DNA of 64,000 nucleotides, taken from assembly GCA_023142595.1 (NCBI GenBank), contig JAGLJF010000003.1, positions 3,873-67,872 on the forward strand, in the 5' to 3' direction. Positions within the stretch are counted from its first letter, which is position 1. Each line of letters opens with the position of its first letter. Below, in pieces: positions 29,339 to 39,272 of the stretch. This DNA comes from Minisyncoccota bacterium (lineage in GTDB: Bacteria; Patescibacteriota; Minisyncoccia; JAHIHE01; JAGLIN01). A model generated the notes under the pieces. It did not search any database. It saw only the letters and a program-made list of their open reading frames with translations, and was not told where the DNA came from. A program made the translations under genes and the position numbers.

Positions 29339-29609
29339 GTAGAGTTCTAATGATGGGAAGTAGTACCTAAAATCTATTGAAGAACAAAGGGGAAATTGCA
29401 GATTATCGCTTAATTTACAAAACTTTATTTACCACTATTAGAACCTGTCGGTTTTGCAAAAACAAAACAGACAGATTTGTCGATAATTTCGGCAAAGGAT
29501 TGATCATTAATAAATAGCCAAAAAAGATTCGCAATGCGTAAAAGCGTAAAAGGAATTTTTGATGACTTAGAGAATAAAATATACAAAAAAAACTAAGGAG
29601 CGATGAAGA

Positions 29610-31064
29610 ATGGTATCAAATGAATATATCCCAGTAATTGTTTTTGTTGTTTTTGTTGTAATCTCTATAGCTTTTCTGTCTCGTTTGTACAAATGCTATG
29701 GAACAACTCAAAAATTAAAAGCAGAAAGAGAAAAAACGCAAGAAGAAAGAAGAGATATCGAAACCAACATTAGAAGGTCTCTGTCAGAAGGGATCGATAT
29801 TCGTCAGGAAAATGAAGATAACCGAAAGAGGCTTGCCGATCAAATAGATAAATTAAGAATAAAAGAAGTAGCTGAATGGAAAAAAATTATATTAGTAGGA
29901 ATAATAACCGCTTCATTTTTTGTTCTGTCGGTTGTGTTGTTAATTGAATTAATTTTATTTAGCAGCATAGGACAATACAGGCCTTTTATGTTTACATTAA
30001 CAGAAACGACGGTAATTCTGATAATTGTATGGATTATCTACAGAATTATTCTTAGTTCGACAAAAATCACATTAAAAAATAATGGGGTTGTTCTTTACTT
30101 TGATATACCAGACAAACAAGTGGGCGAAGGACCTATTTTTGCATGGTTTAAAGATGTGAGAATACCAGGAACAGATATCATAATTTCTAGAATAATAGAA
30201 ATTGAAAGAAAGGAAATTGTGTTCGATGTTCACAAAGATAAAACAATGTTGGCGGTCTCAGCTGATTCTACACAGCCCTTTTGGCTTGATGGTTATGTTA
30301 CATATAGAATAAAAGATATTGTCCAAACTATAATTACAACAGGAGAACATAGTCTTGATGGAATAAAGGACTATTTTGAAGGAAAAGAACAGGAGGCGTC
30401 TGTTGAAAATGAAGCCGGAGAAAAAGAAAAGATGAATATTAGAATGGGAGGTATTATAGATTTAACTTTCAGATCTTTTGTGAGAAATTTTTTCCGAGAA
30501 GCAGATAATTTTGGTATAAAAGATGGAGACACCGACGAAGTAGTAATCAATAAGGCGATTGGTGTGCAAGAACAACTTAGTAAGTCATTACACAGTCAGT
30601 TCGCATATCTTAAATATTTTGGAATAGAGCTTATGGCAACAGAAGCAACGGACATTAAGCCGTCTCAAGAAGTTGAAAATAGGCTCGTAAAAGCAAGAAC
30701 TAGCGCACAAGATATTGGCATAGCTACAAAAGAAAAAGATGCAGCTGTTGAAACAGGAAAAGTTGGACCTGAATTAATGAACATCTTTGAGAAAGATGCA
30801 AATTTTGTAATAACTCCAGAAATAAAAAGCGTTATAGCTCTCCTGACTATAAATGCTGATGCACTTAAAGGGGTTTTAGAGGGTTCGAACTTAAATATTG
30901 CATTGGTGCCAGCCATTAACAAACTTGCTGATGCAATTGGTGGCGGAAGTCCCACTTCTGCTGATACAAAAGACTTGGTGAATAAAGTTTTAAGCGAGAT
31001 TAAAAATGACCCACAAGGAATAAAAGCTGTTGTAGATCAAATAAAAAAAGCGAAAATGTTATAA
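29610..31064 (+). CDS. Membrane protein with SPFH/band-7-like domain (stomatin/prohibitin/flotillin superfamily), N-terminal coiled-coil and 3-4 TM helices
   Basis: FGIELMATEATDIKPSQEVENRLVKARTSAQDIGIATKEKDAAVETGK resembles the SPFH C-terminal helix region. An upstream beta-rich segment is SPFH-like. Confidence 0.45.
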   Translation: MVSNEYIPVIVFVVFVVISIAFLSRLYKCYGTTQKLKAEREKTQEERRDIETNIRRSLSEGIDIRQENEDNRKRLADQIDKLRIKEVAEWKKIILVGIITASFFVLSVVLLIELILFSSIGQYRPFMFTLTETTVILIIVWIIYRIILSSTKITLKNNGVVLYFDIPDKQVGEGPIFAWFKDVRIPGTDIIISRIIEIERKEIVFDVHKDKTMLAVSADSTQPFWLDGYVTYRIKDIVQTIITTGEHSLDGIKDYFEGKEQEASVENEAGEKEKMNIRMGGIIDLTFRSFVRNFFREADNFGIKDGDTDEVVINKAIGVQEQLSKSLHSQFAYLKYFGIELMATEATDIKPSQEVENRLVKARTSAQDIGIATKEKDAAVETGKVGPELMNIFEKDANFVITPEIKSVIALLTINADALKGVLEGSNLNIALVPAINKLADAIGGGSPTSADTKDLVNKVLSEIKNDPQGIKAVVDQIKKAKML

Positions 31065-31084
31065 ACTTTTGGGAGGCGTAAAAT

Positions 31085-31744
31085 ATGATAGCATTGGCTT
31101 TTGTGCTTGCTTTAATTGTTATAGTAAGTATAATAATATTTAAAAAATTGAAAACCAGAGCTTCATCAATGGCTTTGACTTCAATAACATCTCCAAAAGT
31201 CCCAAAAATAAAAATCACCGCGAGTAATTTATTCAAATTATTTGTTTACGGAACGGTGATTTTTATGTTAATAGCAATGATTTTATTTTCTTCATTGCTA
31301 GTTTATAGTACTTTTTGGGAAGGAGAGTCAGAGGCGGAAATTGAATATCTGCATCCGACGGAAACCAATCAATATATATTTTCTCCAGCAGGAACCGGCA
31401 ATCATAAAATCGGTCCCGCAACAGAGGATGTAGAGATTCATCTCGCATCTTATAATCTGGAAAATTTTGATTGGAAAAATATTTCTTTCGTCGTTACAGG
31501 AGGAGAGAAATATAAAACAAAAATCATCTTTGTCAAACATTACGACAAAGATGACAATGACAATGTTGTCGTTCCCGACAGATTTATTGAAGATATTGGC
31601 CCTTCGTCGGAAACAACGCAAAAAAAGTATCATCAGTCAGTATACTGCCCTGATGATGCAGAAGGATCTTTTATTCTTGTAGTTTATCTTAAAAAAGGTG
31701 GCTACATAGAGATTGAAGATCTACACATAGAAACTTGGGAATAA
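31085..31744 (+). CDS. Hypothetical membrane-anchored protein (2 TM + beta-rich ectodomain); possible NfeD-like partner of the preceding SPFH protein
   Basis: SD GGGAGG 8 nt upstream. Architecture only. Confidence 0.3.
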   Translation: MIALAFVLALIVIVSIIIFKKLKTRASSMALTSITSPKVPKIKITASNLFKLFVYGTVIFMLIAMILFSSLLVYSTFWEGESEAEIEYLHPTETNQYIFSPAGTGNHKIGPATEDVEIHLASYNLENFDWKNISFVVTGGEKYKTKIIFVKHYDKDDNDNVVVPDRFIEDIGPSSETTQKKYHQSVYCPDDAEGSFILVVYLKKGGYIEIEDLHIETWE

Positions 31745-31880
31745 CCAGGTTTCACGGGGAAGAATTATACCTTCCCTATTTTTTTGTTTATTTTTTTTAA
31801 AATATATTTCTGTAGCAATTCAATTATATAAATTACATCAGAGATACTACCTAATTCACAGGCAAAATTTACTTAACTCC

Positions 31881-32055
31881 TGTCATTCTGAACTTGATTC
31901 AGGATCTTCGTTAGGTTAGATTTTGACTTATACTATCTACACGATACTATTGTATAAAAAAATACAACTATGTTTTTTGTAATAATCTGGTTAGCGATTT
32001 ATAGGCTTGCTTTAATATATAAGAATAAAGATTCTGAACTAAATTCAGAATGACA
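31881..32055. mobile_element. Family-1 MITE, full-length (~175 bp)
   Basis: TIRs TGTCATTCTGAA / TTCAGAATGACA. Internal sequence about 80% identical to copies at 44157 and 44984. Confidence 0.75.
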
Positions 32056-32191
32056 ATTTTTTTATTAATGAATCATCTAACATACTTAAAAAAATTGTGC
32101 TTTGTTTGCGTTTTATGATATAATGAACTAAATTATTTTTATTTTATACTCAATAAATAAATTTAATTGTTATCATTATTTTTAAAAAAAT

Positions 32192-34492
32192 ATGAACAAA
32201 AAAACAAAAACTTTTCAAAAATTTGCTCTTTTATTTCTCGTTGTTTTAGTTGGAATTAGTTTTCCGCAAAATTATGCTAATGCTGGTGTTGCTGAATTAT
32301 GGGATATAGCGACTGACCCCCTTGGTGTTGGCAAGGCATTGTTAAATATTCTTCAATTGTTAATTTATGGAATAGGACTTCTTCTTCTTGGAATTGTGGC
32401 TATCTTTGTCGAAATTTCTGCTTGGCTTATTGATGTTTTTCTTGACCCCAAAATCTATGTTGGACAACCTGCTACTGCATTTGCTCCTGCTATCCCAGGT
32501 GTTCTAACTTCAAATTCAATTTTAATTGGTTGGACAGTTGTCAGAGATATTTGTAATATGTTTTTTATGTTCTTTCTTCTAATCGTTGCTTTTGGAACAA
32601 TGCTCAGAAGTAAGTCAATAAACATCAAGGCAATTTTGCCAAAAATCATCATTTCTCTATTTTTGATTAATTTCAGTATGGTTTTTGCTTATCTGATCAT
32701 TGACATTAGCCAATTTTTTATGATTGAAATCAGCTCTTGGATGACAGGAGGATTTGCTCTGGCAGCTCAATCTCTTAGTACTATTCCAAACGGATTTAAA
32801 TCAGGTTTTGCTATTTTTGAAAACATTGGTGCCGTGGATACCTTTATGATTGTGAATATCATATTTGCTATTATATTTTCTGTTTGTCTAGTCTTTGTCT
32901 ATCTTTTGCTCGTAGGTTTCTTGCTTATTCGTTTGGTATATTTTGCGGTTCTGATTGTTTTTTCTCCTGTTGCCTTTTTGGGAATTGCTTTTCCAGGTTT
33001 GTCAAAATATTCCTCTCAATGGTGGTCAGAAATTACAAAATGGGCAATTTTTGGTCCAATTTTTATTTTCTTTGTCTATCTTTCAACCACGATGGCAAAC
33101 GAATTAGTTGGAACTGTGTTTGCGGATGTTTCTCCTGCATTTGGCTTTTTTGACAAAATAGCTCTGCTTGTTATCCCAGCTGTAGTCCCGCTTGTAATTT
33201 TGCTAATGGCTCCAAAATATGCATCTGATTCTGGAGTAGCAGGAGCCCAACAACTCGTCGGTGGCAGAGGCGGTCTTGGAAATATTTCAATGGGGTCTTA
33301 TGGTGTGGCGAAATGGGGAGCTGGAAAAACGAAGCAGGCTGGTGCATGGGGTGGCAGAAGAATTGGATATGATTCAAGAAGGATTGGTGATTCAGTTCGT
33401 GGAGGAACAAAAGCATTAGCAGGTAAAATACCTATCAAGCGTGTTAGAGAAAGAATTCAAGGTAAGATAGCGATACAAGAAGTGAATAGAAAGGGCAAAG
33501 ACAGAAAAAATATCGAAGAAAAGAAGTCTGATTTTAAAGAGTTTAATGGCAAAGATGCTATTATTGCAGCAAAGGGAATTGAAGCAAAGAAATTACGAAA
33601 AGGAGAATCGTTAAGCAAGGAAGATGAATCGAAATTTATTGCTCTTATAGAACATGCGGCAGCAAAAGGAGAAAATCTTAGTACTAATTTCTCAGAAGCG
33701 CAACTTGAAATGGCAACCAAACGGGGTGCAGATGTTGATGAAATTGCAAAACATGATCCTGTTGCAGCTGGAACAATGAAACATTCAAAAGATGCTACTA
33801 AATCAGCAGAAGATCATACTGCTGAATATATGCAAGAACACGCTGAATCAGGAGACTGGAAAAAATATAGTGAACACACTAGACGAAATAACTTTGTAGA
33901 TATGGTAGAACATATTGATTCGAAAGATTTGCAAAATCATATCAAAGGTTCAGGTCCAAAAGCAAAGAAGGATTATGAAATTGGTGCTGATCAGATGATG
34001 CAAAAGTTAAAAGAAGAAATTACTGCTAATTTAACTAAAGGAACTCCAGCTGATATTGCGAAGGCTGCAGACTTAGGGAAAGAGCTTCAAAAAGCTCGAA
34101 AGAAAATCAGAAAAGTGACTGGTAATCTTGAAATTTCTGACGCAGAAAGAAATAGTGATGGATATAGAATGAGCGAAGATGCAAGCGGTACAACAACGCC
34201 ATTGGGCCATGGAGAGAAAGCGCCTACTGGTAGTAGTATTCAGTTAAATGCACCACTAATGCAAGAAGCAGTAAAAGTAACTGGAGGAGCTGACTTTAAA
34301 AAACTGACAAGCGAAAGTAAAGTTGCTTATGCGAAACATGCGAACGCAGATAATATTAATAGCTTACGATTGAAAGAGGAGGGTTCAGATGACTTGCAAG
34401 CAGTAGCAGATGAAATAAAGAAACGTCCAACTACCGATCCTGTACATATAGCAGCAGCTTCTCATGAAATATTAGGAAAATATATGACTTAA
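32192..34492 (+). CDS. VirB6/TrbL-like polytopic membrane protein of a type IV secretion-like system, with long K/E-rich hydrophilic C-terminal extension
   Basis: Signal peptide plus about 8 TM helices in the first ~350 aa. Located 1 kb upstream of PrgI-like and VirB4 genes. Confidence 0.4.
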   Translation: MNKKTKTFQKFALLFLVVLVGISFPQNYANAGVAELWDIATDPLGVGKALLNILQLLIYGIGLLLLGIVAIFVEISAWLIDVFLDPKIYVGQPATAFAPAIPGVLTSNSILIGWTVVRDICNMFFMFFLLIVAFGTMLRSKSINIKAILPKIIISLFLINFSMVFAYLIIDISQFFMIEISSWMTGGFALAAQSLSTIPNGFKSGFAIFENIGAVDTFMIVNIIFAIIFSVCLVFVYLLLVGFLLIRLVYFAVLIVFSPVAFLGIAFPGLSKYSSQWWSEITKWAIFGPIFIFFVYLSTTMANELVGTVFADVSPAFGFFDKIALLVIPAVVPLVILLMAPKYASDSGVAGAQQLVGGRGGLGNISMGSYGVAKWGAGKTKQAGAWGGRRIGYDSRRIGDSVRGGTKALAGKIPIKRVRERIQGKIAIQEVNRKGKDRKNIEEKKSDFKEFNGKDAIIAAKGIEAKKLRKGESLSKEDESKFIALIEHAAAKGENLSTNFSEAQLEMATKRGADVDEIAKHDPVAAGTMKHSKDATKSAEDHTAEYMQEHAESGDWKKYSEHTRRNNFVDMVEHIDSKDLQNHIKGSGPKAKKDYEIGADQMMQKLKEEITANLTKGTPADIAKAADLGKELQKARKKIRKVTGNLEISDAERNSDGYRMSEDASGTTTPLGHGEKAPTGSSIQLNAPLMQEAVKVTGGADFKKLTSESKVAYAKHANADNINSLRLKEEGSDDLQAVADEIKKRPTTDPVHIAAASHEILGKYMT

Positions 34493-34504
34493 AAAATTTA
34501 TTTT

Positions 34505-35329
34505 ATGTATAATATTAAGATAATGAGTGAAGAAAAAAACGAAAAAGATAAAAAAAATGATGAGATGATGCGAAAAGTCAGGCTTTTGCCAGATTTTGTT
34601 TATGATGCATTACTGATAAATGAGGGAATTTCAGCAAATTCAGAAATTATTGAAAAGTATGAATTAAATGATGAACAAAAAGACAAAATGTTAGATTTGA
34701 ATTTGAATATTATTTTCAAAGAACTTGCAATTGAAAATTTGTCTGATTCTATTGAACAAAATTTGAAAGTGAACAAAGAAACAGCTTCACAAATTACGCT
34801 TGATCTCTTTTTGAAGAAATTTTATCTAGCAGCCAGTTATTTTCCTGGAATTGAGGATGAGATTTTGAGACTTGGTGGGGAAATACCGAAGGAGAAGCCG
34901 AAAAAATTAGGGGAGCAACTTTTGAAAAGAGAAGAAGAGATGGATAGGATAAAAGAAGAAGAAAAACGAGCAGAAGCCGAAAGAATGGCGGATACGATTA
35001 TTTCAAAATCTGTTGATGAGTTATTGAAAGAATTTCCAATTGTTGGAAATCAACAAATTGGTTCTCAAGAATCAATCACCCTTAAAACAAAACCTGAACC
35101 AATGAAGCCGTTGATAAAATACTGGCTAGAAGATTACAAAGAAAAAATGGGTTATTACAATCATTCAAATATCGAAAGAGTTCAATATGTCTATCACGAC
35201 AAAAACACAAAAAATATGAATGAAGAAGAAAGAAGGCAGTTAAATTTGATTTTAAAATCAGCCGACGAAAAAATCCCCCTCCCATATTCCACAAAAAGCA
35301 AGAAAATTGATTTTTCAAGAATTGAATAA
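34505..35329 (+). CDS. Hypothetical soluble acidic/coiled-coil protein within T4SS-like locus
   Basis: No recognisable motifs. Co-directional, 12-nt gap from the VirB6-like gene. Confidence 0.3.
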   Translation: MYNIKIMSEEKNEKDKKNDEMMRKVRLLPDFVYDALLINEGISANSEIIEKYELNDEQKDKMLDLNLNIIFKELAIENLSDSIEQNLKVNKETASQITLDLFLKKFYLAASYFPGIEDEILRLGGEIPKEKPKKLGEQLLKREEEMDRIKEEEKRAEAERMADTIISKSVDELLKEFPIVGNQQIGSQESITLKTKPEPMKPLIKYWLEDYKEKMGYYNHSNIERVQYVYHDKNTKNMNEEERRQLNLILKSADEKIPLPYSTKSKKIDFSRIE

Positions 35330-35451
35330 ATTTTTAACCTGTCGTAAAGTAAATCATTCGTCTCTAAGAGCCTCTTAAAGGCTCTTAGAGACTGAAGCTA
35401 TCTTACAGCGGGGACAAATAAAACTCAATGATAATCACCTAACAACAACCC

Positions 35452-35895
35452 ATGCAATATAGTGTTCCTCAATTTTTAAACATTGAAGATAAAATTGTTG
35501 GTCCGTTCACGGGCAAACAAGTTCTTTTTCTGATTATGGGATTCGGAGTTCTACTGATTTCTTTTACTTTTTTTAATATGGCATTTTTTGCAATCATTGC
35601 TATTCTGGTTATTCCAATCACCTTAGCTTTTGCTTTTTGGAAACCAAAAGGAATGACAGTTTCACGCCTAATAACAAATATGATCAATTTTCATACCACC
35701 TCTCATCTTTATGTTTGGAGAAGAGAACCAAATCTGAGGATGTATAAAATGACTCAAAGAAAAGTAGCTAAAGATAGCATTGGAGAGAAAAAAGTTTCCA
35801 AAAGAAGAATCAGAGAATTAGCATGGCTGCTTGATACAAGTACTTCTATAGACACTCCTTTCGAAGCAAAAACAAGACCCGATGAGAATATTTAA
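35452..35895 (+). CDS. PrgI-family (VirB3-like) T4SS membrane protein
   Basis: N-terminus MQYSVPQFLNIEDKIVGPFTGKQVLFLIMG followed by two TM helices matches the PrgI/VirB3 pattern. Confidence 0.55.
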   Translation: MQYSVPQFLNIEDKIVGPFTGKQVLFLIMGFGVLLISFTFFNMAFFAIIAILVIPITLAFAFWKPKGMTVSRLITNMINFHTTSHLYVWRREPNLRMYKMTQRKVAKDSIGEKKVSKRRIRELAWLLDTSTSIDTPFEAKTRPDENI

Positions 35896-35985
35896 GCAAA
35901 TTGTTGAATTAAATGTATAAAAAATCTTCTTTATCTTTTTATAAAAATTACGAATAAAAAACTAACAATTTAACAATCTAATTAT

Positions 35986-36657
35986 ATGTCTACACCAGAT
36001 AAACAAAAGAAAAAAGGCTTAAGCACGCAAAAATATCTTGAAATTGCTGAAATAAAAGATGGCGTTGTTATTATGAAAAATGGAAGCATGAGAGCTGTCC
36101 TTATGGTTTCATCAATTAATTTTGCTTTAAAATCAATTGATGAACAAGACGCAACGATTTATCATTTTCAAAGTTTTTTAAATTCTCTTGATTTTTCAAT
36201 CCAAATTGTCGTAAATTCTCGAACCTTGAATCTTGATAATTATTTGCAAATTCTCAAAGATAACGAGAAAAGACAAATGAATGAACTTCTTCGCATGCAA
36301 ACGGCAAGCTACATTGAATATATTCAAGGGCTGGTGAAAATGGCAAATATTGTCAATAAAACATTTTATATAGTTGTTCCATTTTCAGTCTCAGAGTCAA
36401 AAGGAGGCACCATGAAAGCTTTAAAGGGGTCAATAAGTGCTCAAAAACTGATTTCTAACAGAGCTACATTCGAAAAATACAAAGATCAACTTTTTCAAAG
36501 AGTTGATCATGTTGTAGGAAATTTAGGTGGTTCAGGGCTAAAGATGACAATGTTGAATACACAAGAATTAATCGAGCTTTATTATAATTTATATAATCCA
36601 GAAAGTTCTGAAAAGAAAGCCTTGGCAGACATTGAAGACCTTGATTTGGCAATGTAA
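35986..36657 (+). CDS. VirB4/TrbE-family ATPase, N-terminal segment (split gene or pseudogene part 1)
   Basis: YLEIAEIKDGVVIMKNGSMRAVLMVSSINFALKSIDEQDATIYHFQSFLNSLDFSIQIVV matches the conserved VirB4/TrbE N-terminus (dgvv.tkdGsl.a.f.v.G..fe...). Stop, then 37 nt, then the next ORF. Confidence 0.55.
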   Translation: MSTPDKQKKKGLSTQKYLEIAEIKDGVVIMKNGSMRAVLMVSSINFALKSIDEQDATIYHFQSFLNSLDFSIQIVVNSRTLNLDNYLQILKDNEKRQMNELLRMQTASYIEYIQGLVKMANIVNKTFYIVVPFSVSESKGGTMKALKGSISAQKLISNRATFEKYKDQLFQRVDHVVGNLGGSGLKMTMLNTQELIELYYNLYNPESSEKKALADIEDLDLAM

Positions 36658-36696
36658 AAAATTTCTCTATACAAAGTAATTAATAATAAATTATAT

Positions 36697-38517
36697 ATGT
36701 TGAAAAATAAAATTACTAAAAAACAGAAAGTCCAAGCTCCAACTGACAAGTCTGCTCTTTTAGATTCTGAAAAAATGTACCAAAAGGGAATGGCGACTGT
36801 AAAAGATATTATTGCTCCATCAGCTTTCAAAATTGAAAGTGACCATGTGATGATTAATAAAAAACTAGCTACTACCTTTTTTGTTTATGCCTATCCTCGA
36901 TTTCTGCAAACAAATTGGTTTTCTCCAATTATTAATCTTGATACAACATTCGATATTGCAATGTTTATTCATCCACAAAAATCCGCTGATGTTTTGAAAA
37001 GTTTGCTGAAACTAGTTACTCAACTTCAATCTCAAATGTCTATCGAAGAAGAGAAAGGTATGGTTCGAAATCCAATGCTTGAGACTGCATATCAAGACGC
37101 TGAAGGTTTGAGAGACGATCTTCAACAAGGCGTTGAACATTTTTTTCAGTTTGGACTTTATGTGACAATTTATGGAGATACGAAAGAGGAATTGGAAAAA
37201 ATTGAAACAAGCATCGAATCTGTTCTGGAAGCAAAATTAATTTATATGAAATCAGCCATTATGCAAATGGAAGAAGGTTTCAACTCCACTCTTCCTCTTG
37301 GAAACGACAAGTTGATGATTGGAAATAATATGAATACTTCCCCACTCTCAACTGCATTTCCTTTTGTTTCCAGCGATCTGACATCCAATCAAGGAATTTT
37401 ATATGGAATTAATCGACATAATAATAGTTTGATTCTATTTGACAGATTTTCTATGGAAAATGCAAACATGGTCATTTTCGCCAAATCAGGTGCGGGAAAA
37501 AGTTATGCAGTCAAGCTTGAAATTTTGAGAAGTTTGATGATGGAATCTGATGTAATTGTAATTGATCCAGAAGATGAATATAAACATCTTTGTGACACAG
37601 TCGGAGGAACATTTATGAAAATTTCCCTGTCTTCCAGAAATCATATTAACCCTTTTGACTTACCAACTGCTATTGGAGACGAAACTCCAGCAGATGTTCT
37701 TCGAAAAGCCATTTCTGATGTTGCAGGACTTATTCGAGTTATGCTTGGTACAATTACTGCTGAAGAAGATTCAATTTTAGATCGAGCCATCGCAGAAACT
37801 TATGCAATCAAAGATATTACAGCAGAAGCTGATTTTTCAACCCTTGAACCTCCAACAATGTCAGATTTGCAAATGGTTTTGGAAAATATGAGTGGAGCAG
37901 AAAGTCTTTCAACAAGAATTAAAAAATATACCGAAGGAACTTTTGCAGGTTTTTTGAATCACAAAACAAATATTGATGTTGAGTCTGGAATGGTGGTCTT
38001 CAATATCAGGGATATGGAAGAAGAACTCAGGCCAGTTGCAATGTATTTGGTTTTACACTATATTTGGACACTGATTAGATCAAAAACAAAAAAGAGGGTG
38101 ATGGTTGTTGATGAAGCTTGGATTATGATGAAACATGAAGACGCAGCATCATTCCTTTTTGGAATCGCCAAAAGATGCAGAAAATATTATCTCGGGCTGA
38201 CAACAATTACTCAAGATGTGACAGATTTTATGAGTTCAAGATACGGAAAACCGATTGTGACAAACTCATCAATGCAACTTCTTTTGAAACAATCACCAGC
38301 TGCAATCAAGACTATTGTGGATACATTCTATCTTACCGACGAAGAAAAGTTTTTGCTTTTGGAAAGTAACATTGGAGAAGGAATTTTCTTTGCTGGTTCA
38401 AAAAGAGCGGCCATCAAAATTGTGGCTTCATATTCCGAGGATCAAATCATCACTTCCGACCCAGAGCAACTTCTGGAAATTGAAAAAGCAAAAAAAGAAC
38501 TTTCAGAAATGGCATAA
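36697..38517 (+). CDS. VirB4/TrbE/CagE-family T4SS ATPase, main body (Walker A/B)
   Basis: DIIAPSAFKIESDHVMINKKLATTFFVYAYP N-domain. Walker A FAKSGAGKSY. Walker B RVMVVDEAWIMM. Conserved TQ motif. Confidence 0.8.
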   Translation: MLKNKITKKQKVQAPTDKSALLDSEKMYQKGMATVKDIIAPSAFKIESDHVMINKKLATTFFVYAYPRFLQTNWFSPIINLDTTFDIAMFIHPQKSADVLKSLLKLVTQLQSQMSIEEEKGMVRNPMLETAYQDAEGLRDDLQQGVEHFFQFGLYVTIYGDTKEELEKIETSIESVLEAKLIYMKSAIMQMEEGFNSTLPLGNDKLMIGNNMNTSPLSTAFPFVSSDLTSNQGILYGINRHNNSLILFDRFSMENANMVIFAKSGAGKSYAVKLEILRSLMMESDVIVIDPEDEYKHLCDTVGGTFMKISLSSRNHINPFDLPTAIGDETPADVLRKAISDVAGLIRVMLGTITAEEDSILDRAIAETYAIKDITAEADFSTLEPPTMSDLQMVLENMSGAESLSTRIKKYTEGTFAGFLNHKTNIDVESGMVVFNIRDMEEELRPVAMYLVLHYIWTLIRSKTKKRVMVVDEAWIMMKHEDAASFLFGIAKRCRKYYLGLTTITQDVTDFMSSRYGKPIVTNSSMQLLLKQSPAAIKTIVDTFYLTDEEKFLLLESNIGEGIFFAGSKRAAIKIVASYSEDQIITSDPEQLLEIEKAKKELSEMA

Positions 38518-39272
38518 ACCTGAACTCTTATTATTTGTCATTCTGAATTCATTTCAGAATCTTAGTTAAATTAGATTTGAATCTATACTTTTTTACATAA
38601 TACTTTTATTTATAAAAAACATATATATTCTATAAATATCATACAGGTGCTAGTATATTCATCTGTCATCTCAGAATTTATTCCGAAACGATAGTGCAGG
38701 AATAAATGTCTGAGATCCAGTTTGTTTCGTTTATTAGAATCATTGTATAAACCGTTTTTGCATCATTAATTATTTTCTTTTCTTATAAAACCTTACAAAA
38801 TATATTATTTATTGAGACTTACTGGATTCCAGATAAATTTTTCTTTTGACTCTTAATTGTTAGATTGTCCAGCGTTGTATATACTTTTATAATTACCATT
38901 AGTATCAATTGTCATCCTCAGCTTGACTGAGGATCCAGAATAGACTGAGATAAATTTTAATTTAGGCTTGATACAGCCAAAAGATAATAATCCTAGATTC
39001 CCGCAGGAGTTTATGCTGAATTAATTTCAGTGCGGGAATGACAAATAAGTTTAATGTAATGTATATAACTATTTTTAAAAAGTATAGGAAGCGCTGAAAA
39101 ATCTTACATATTAATAGTAAAATTTTCTGAAATGACAATATTTTGCCACTAAATTAATAAACATTTATACTATAAATGGTTTATTAATTCACTGACGTAA
39201 TTTTATCAACAAATTAAGTACCATTTATAAAAATAGCAACCCAAAGATATTATATAAAAGCAAAAGAGCAAT

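Noticed and set aside
31000-31633. Minus-strand ORFs 31000-31236, 31263-31448, 31328-31633 overlapping the 29610 and 31085 genes
   Set aside because: They are opposite-strand overlaps of better-supported plus-strand genes with SD sites. No motifs.
29610-31744. SPFH + following membrane protein as a classical NfeD-SPFH operon
   Set aside because: The putative partner lies downstream rather than upstream and lacks a recognisable OB-fold signature by eye. Kept only as a low-confidence note.
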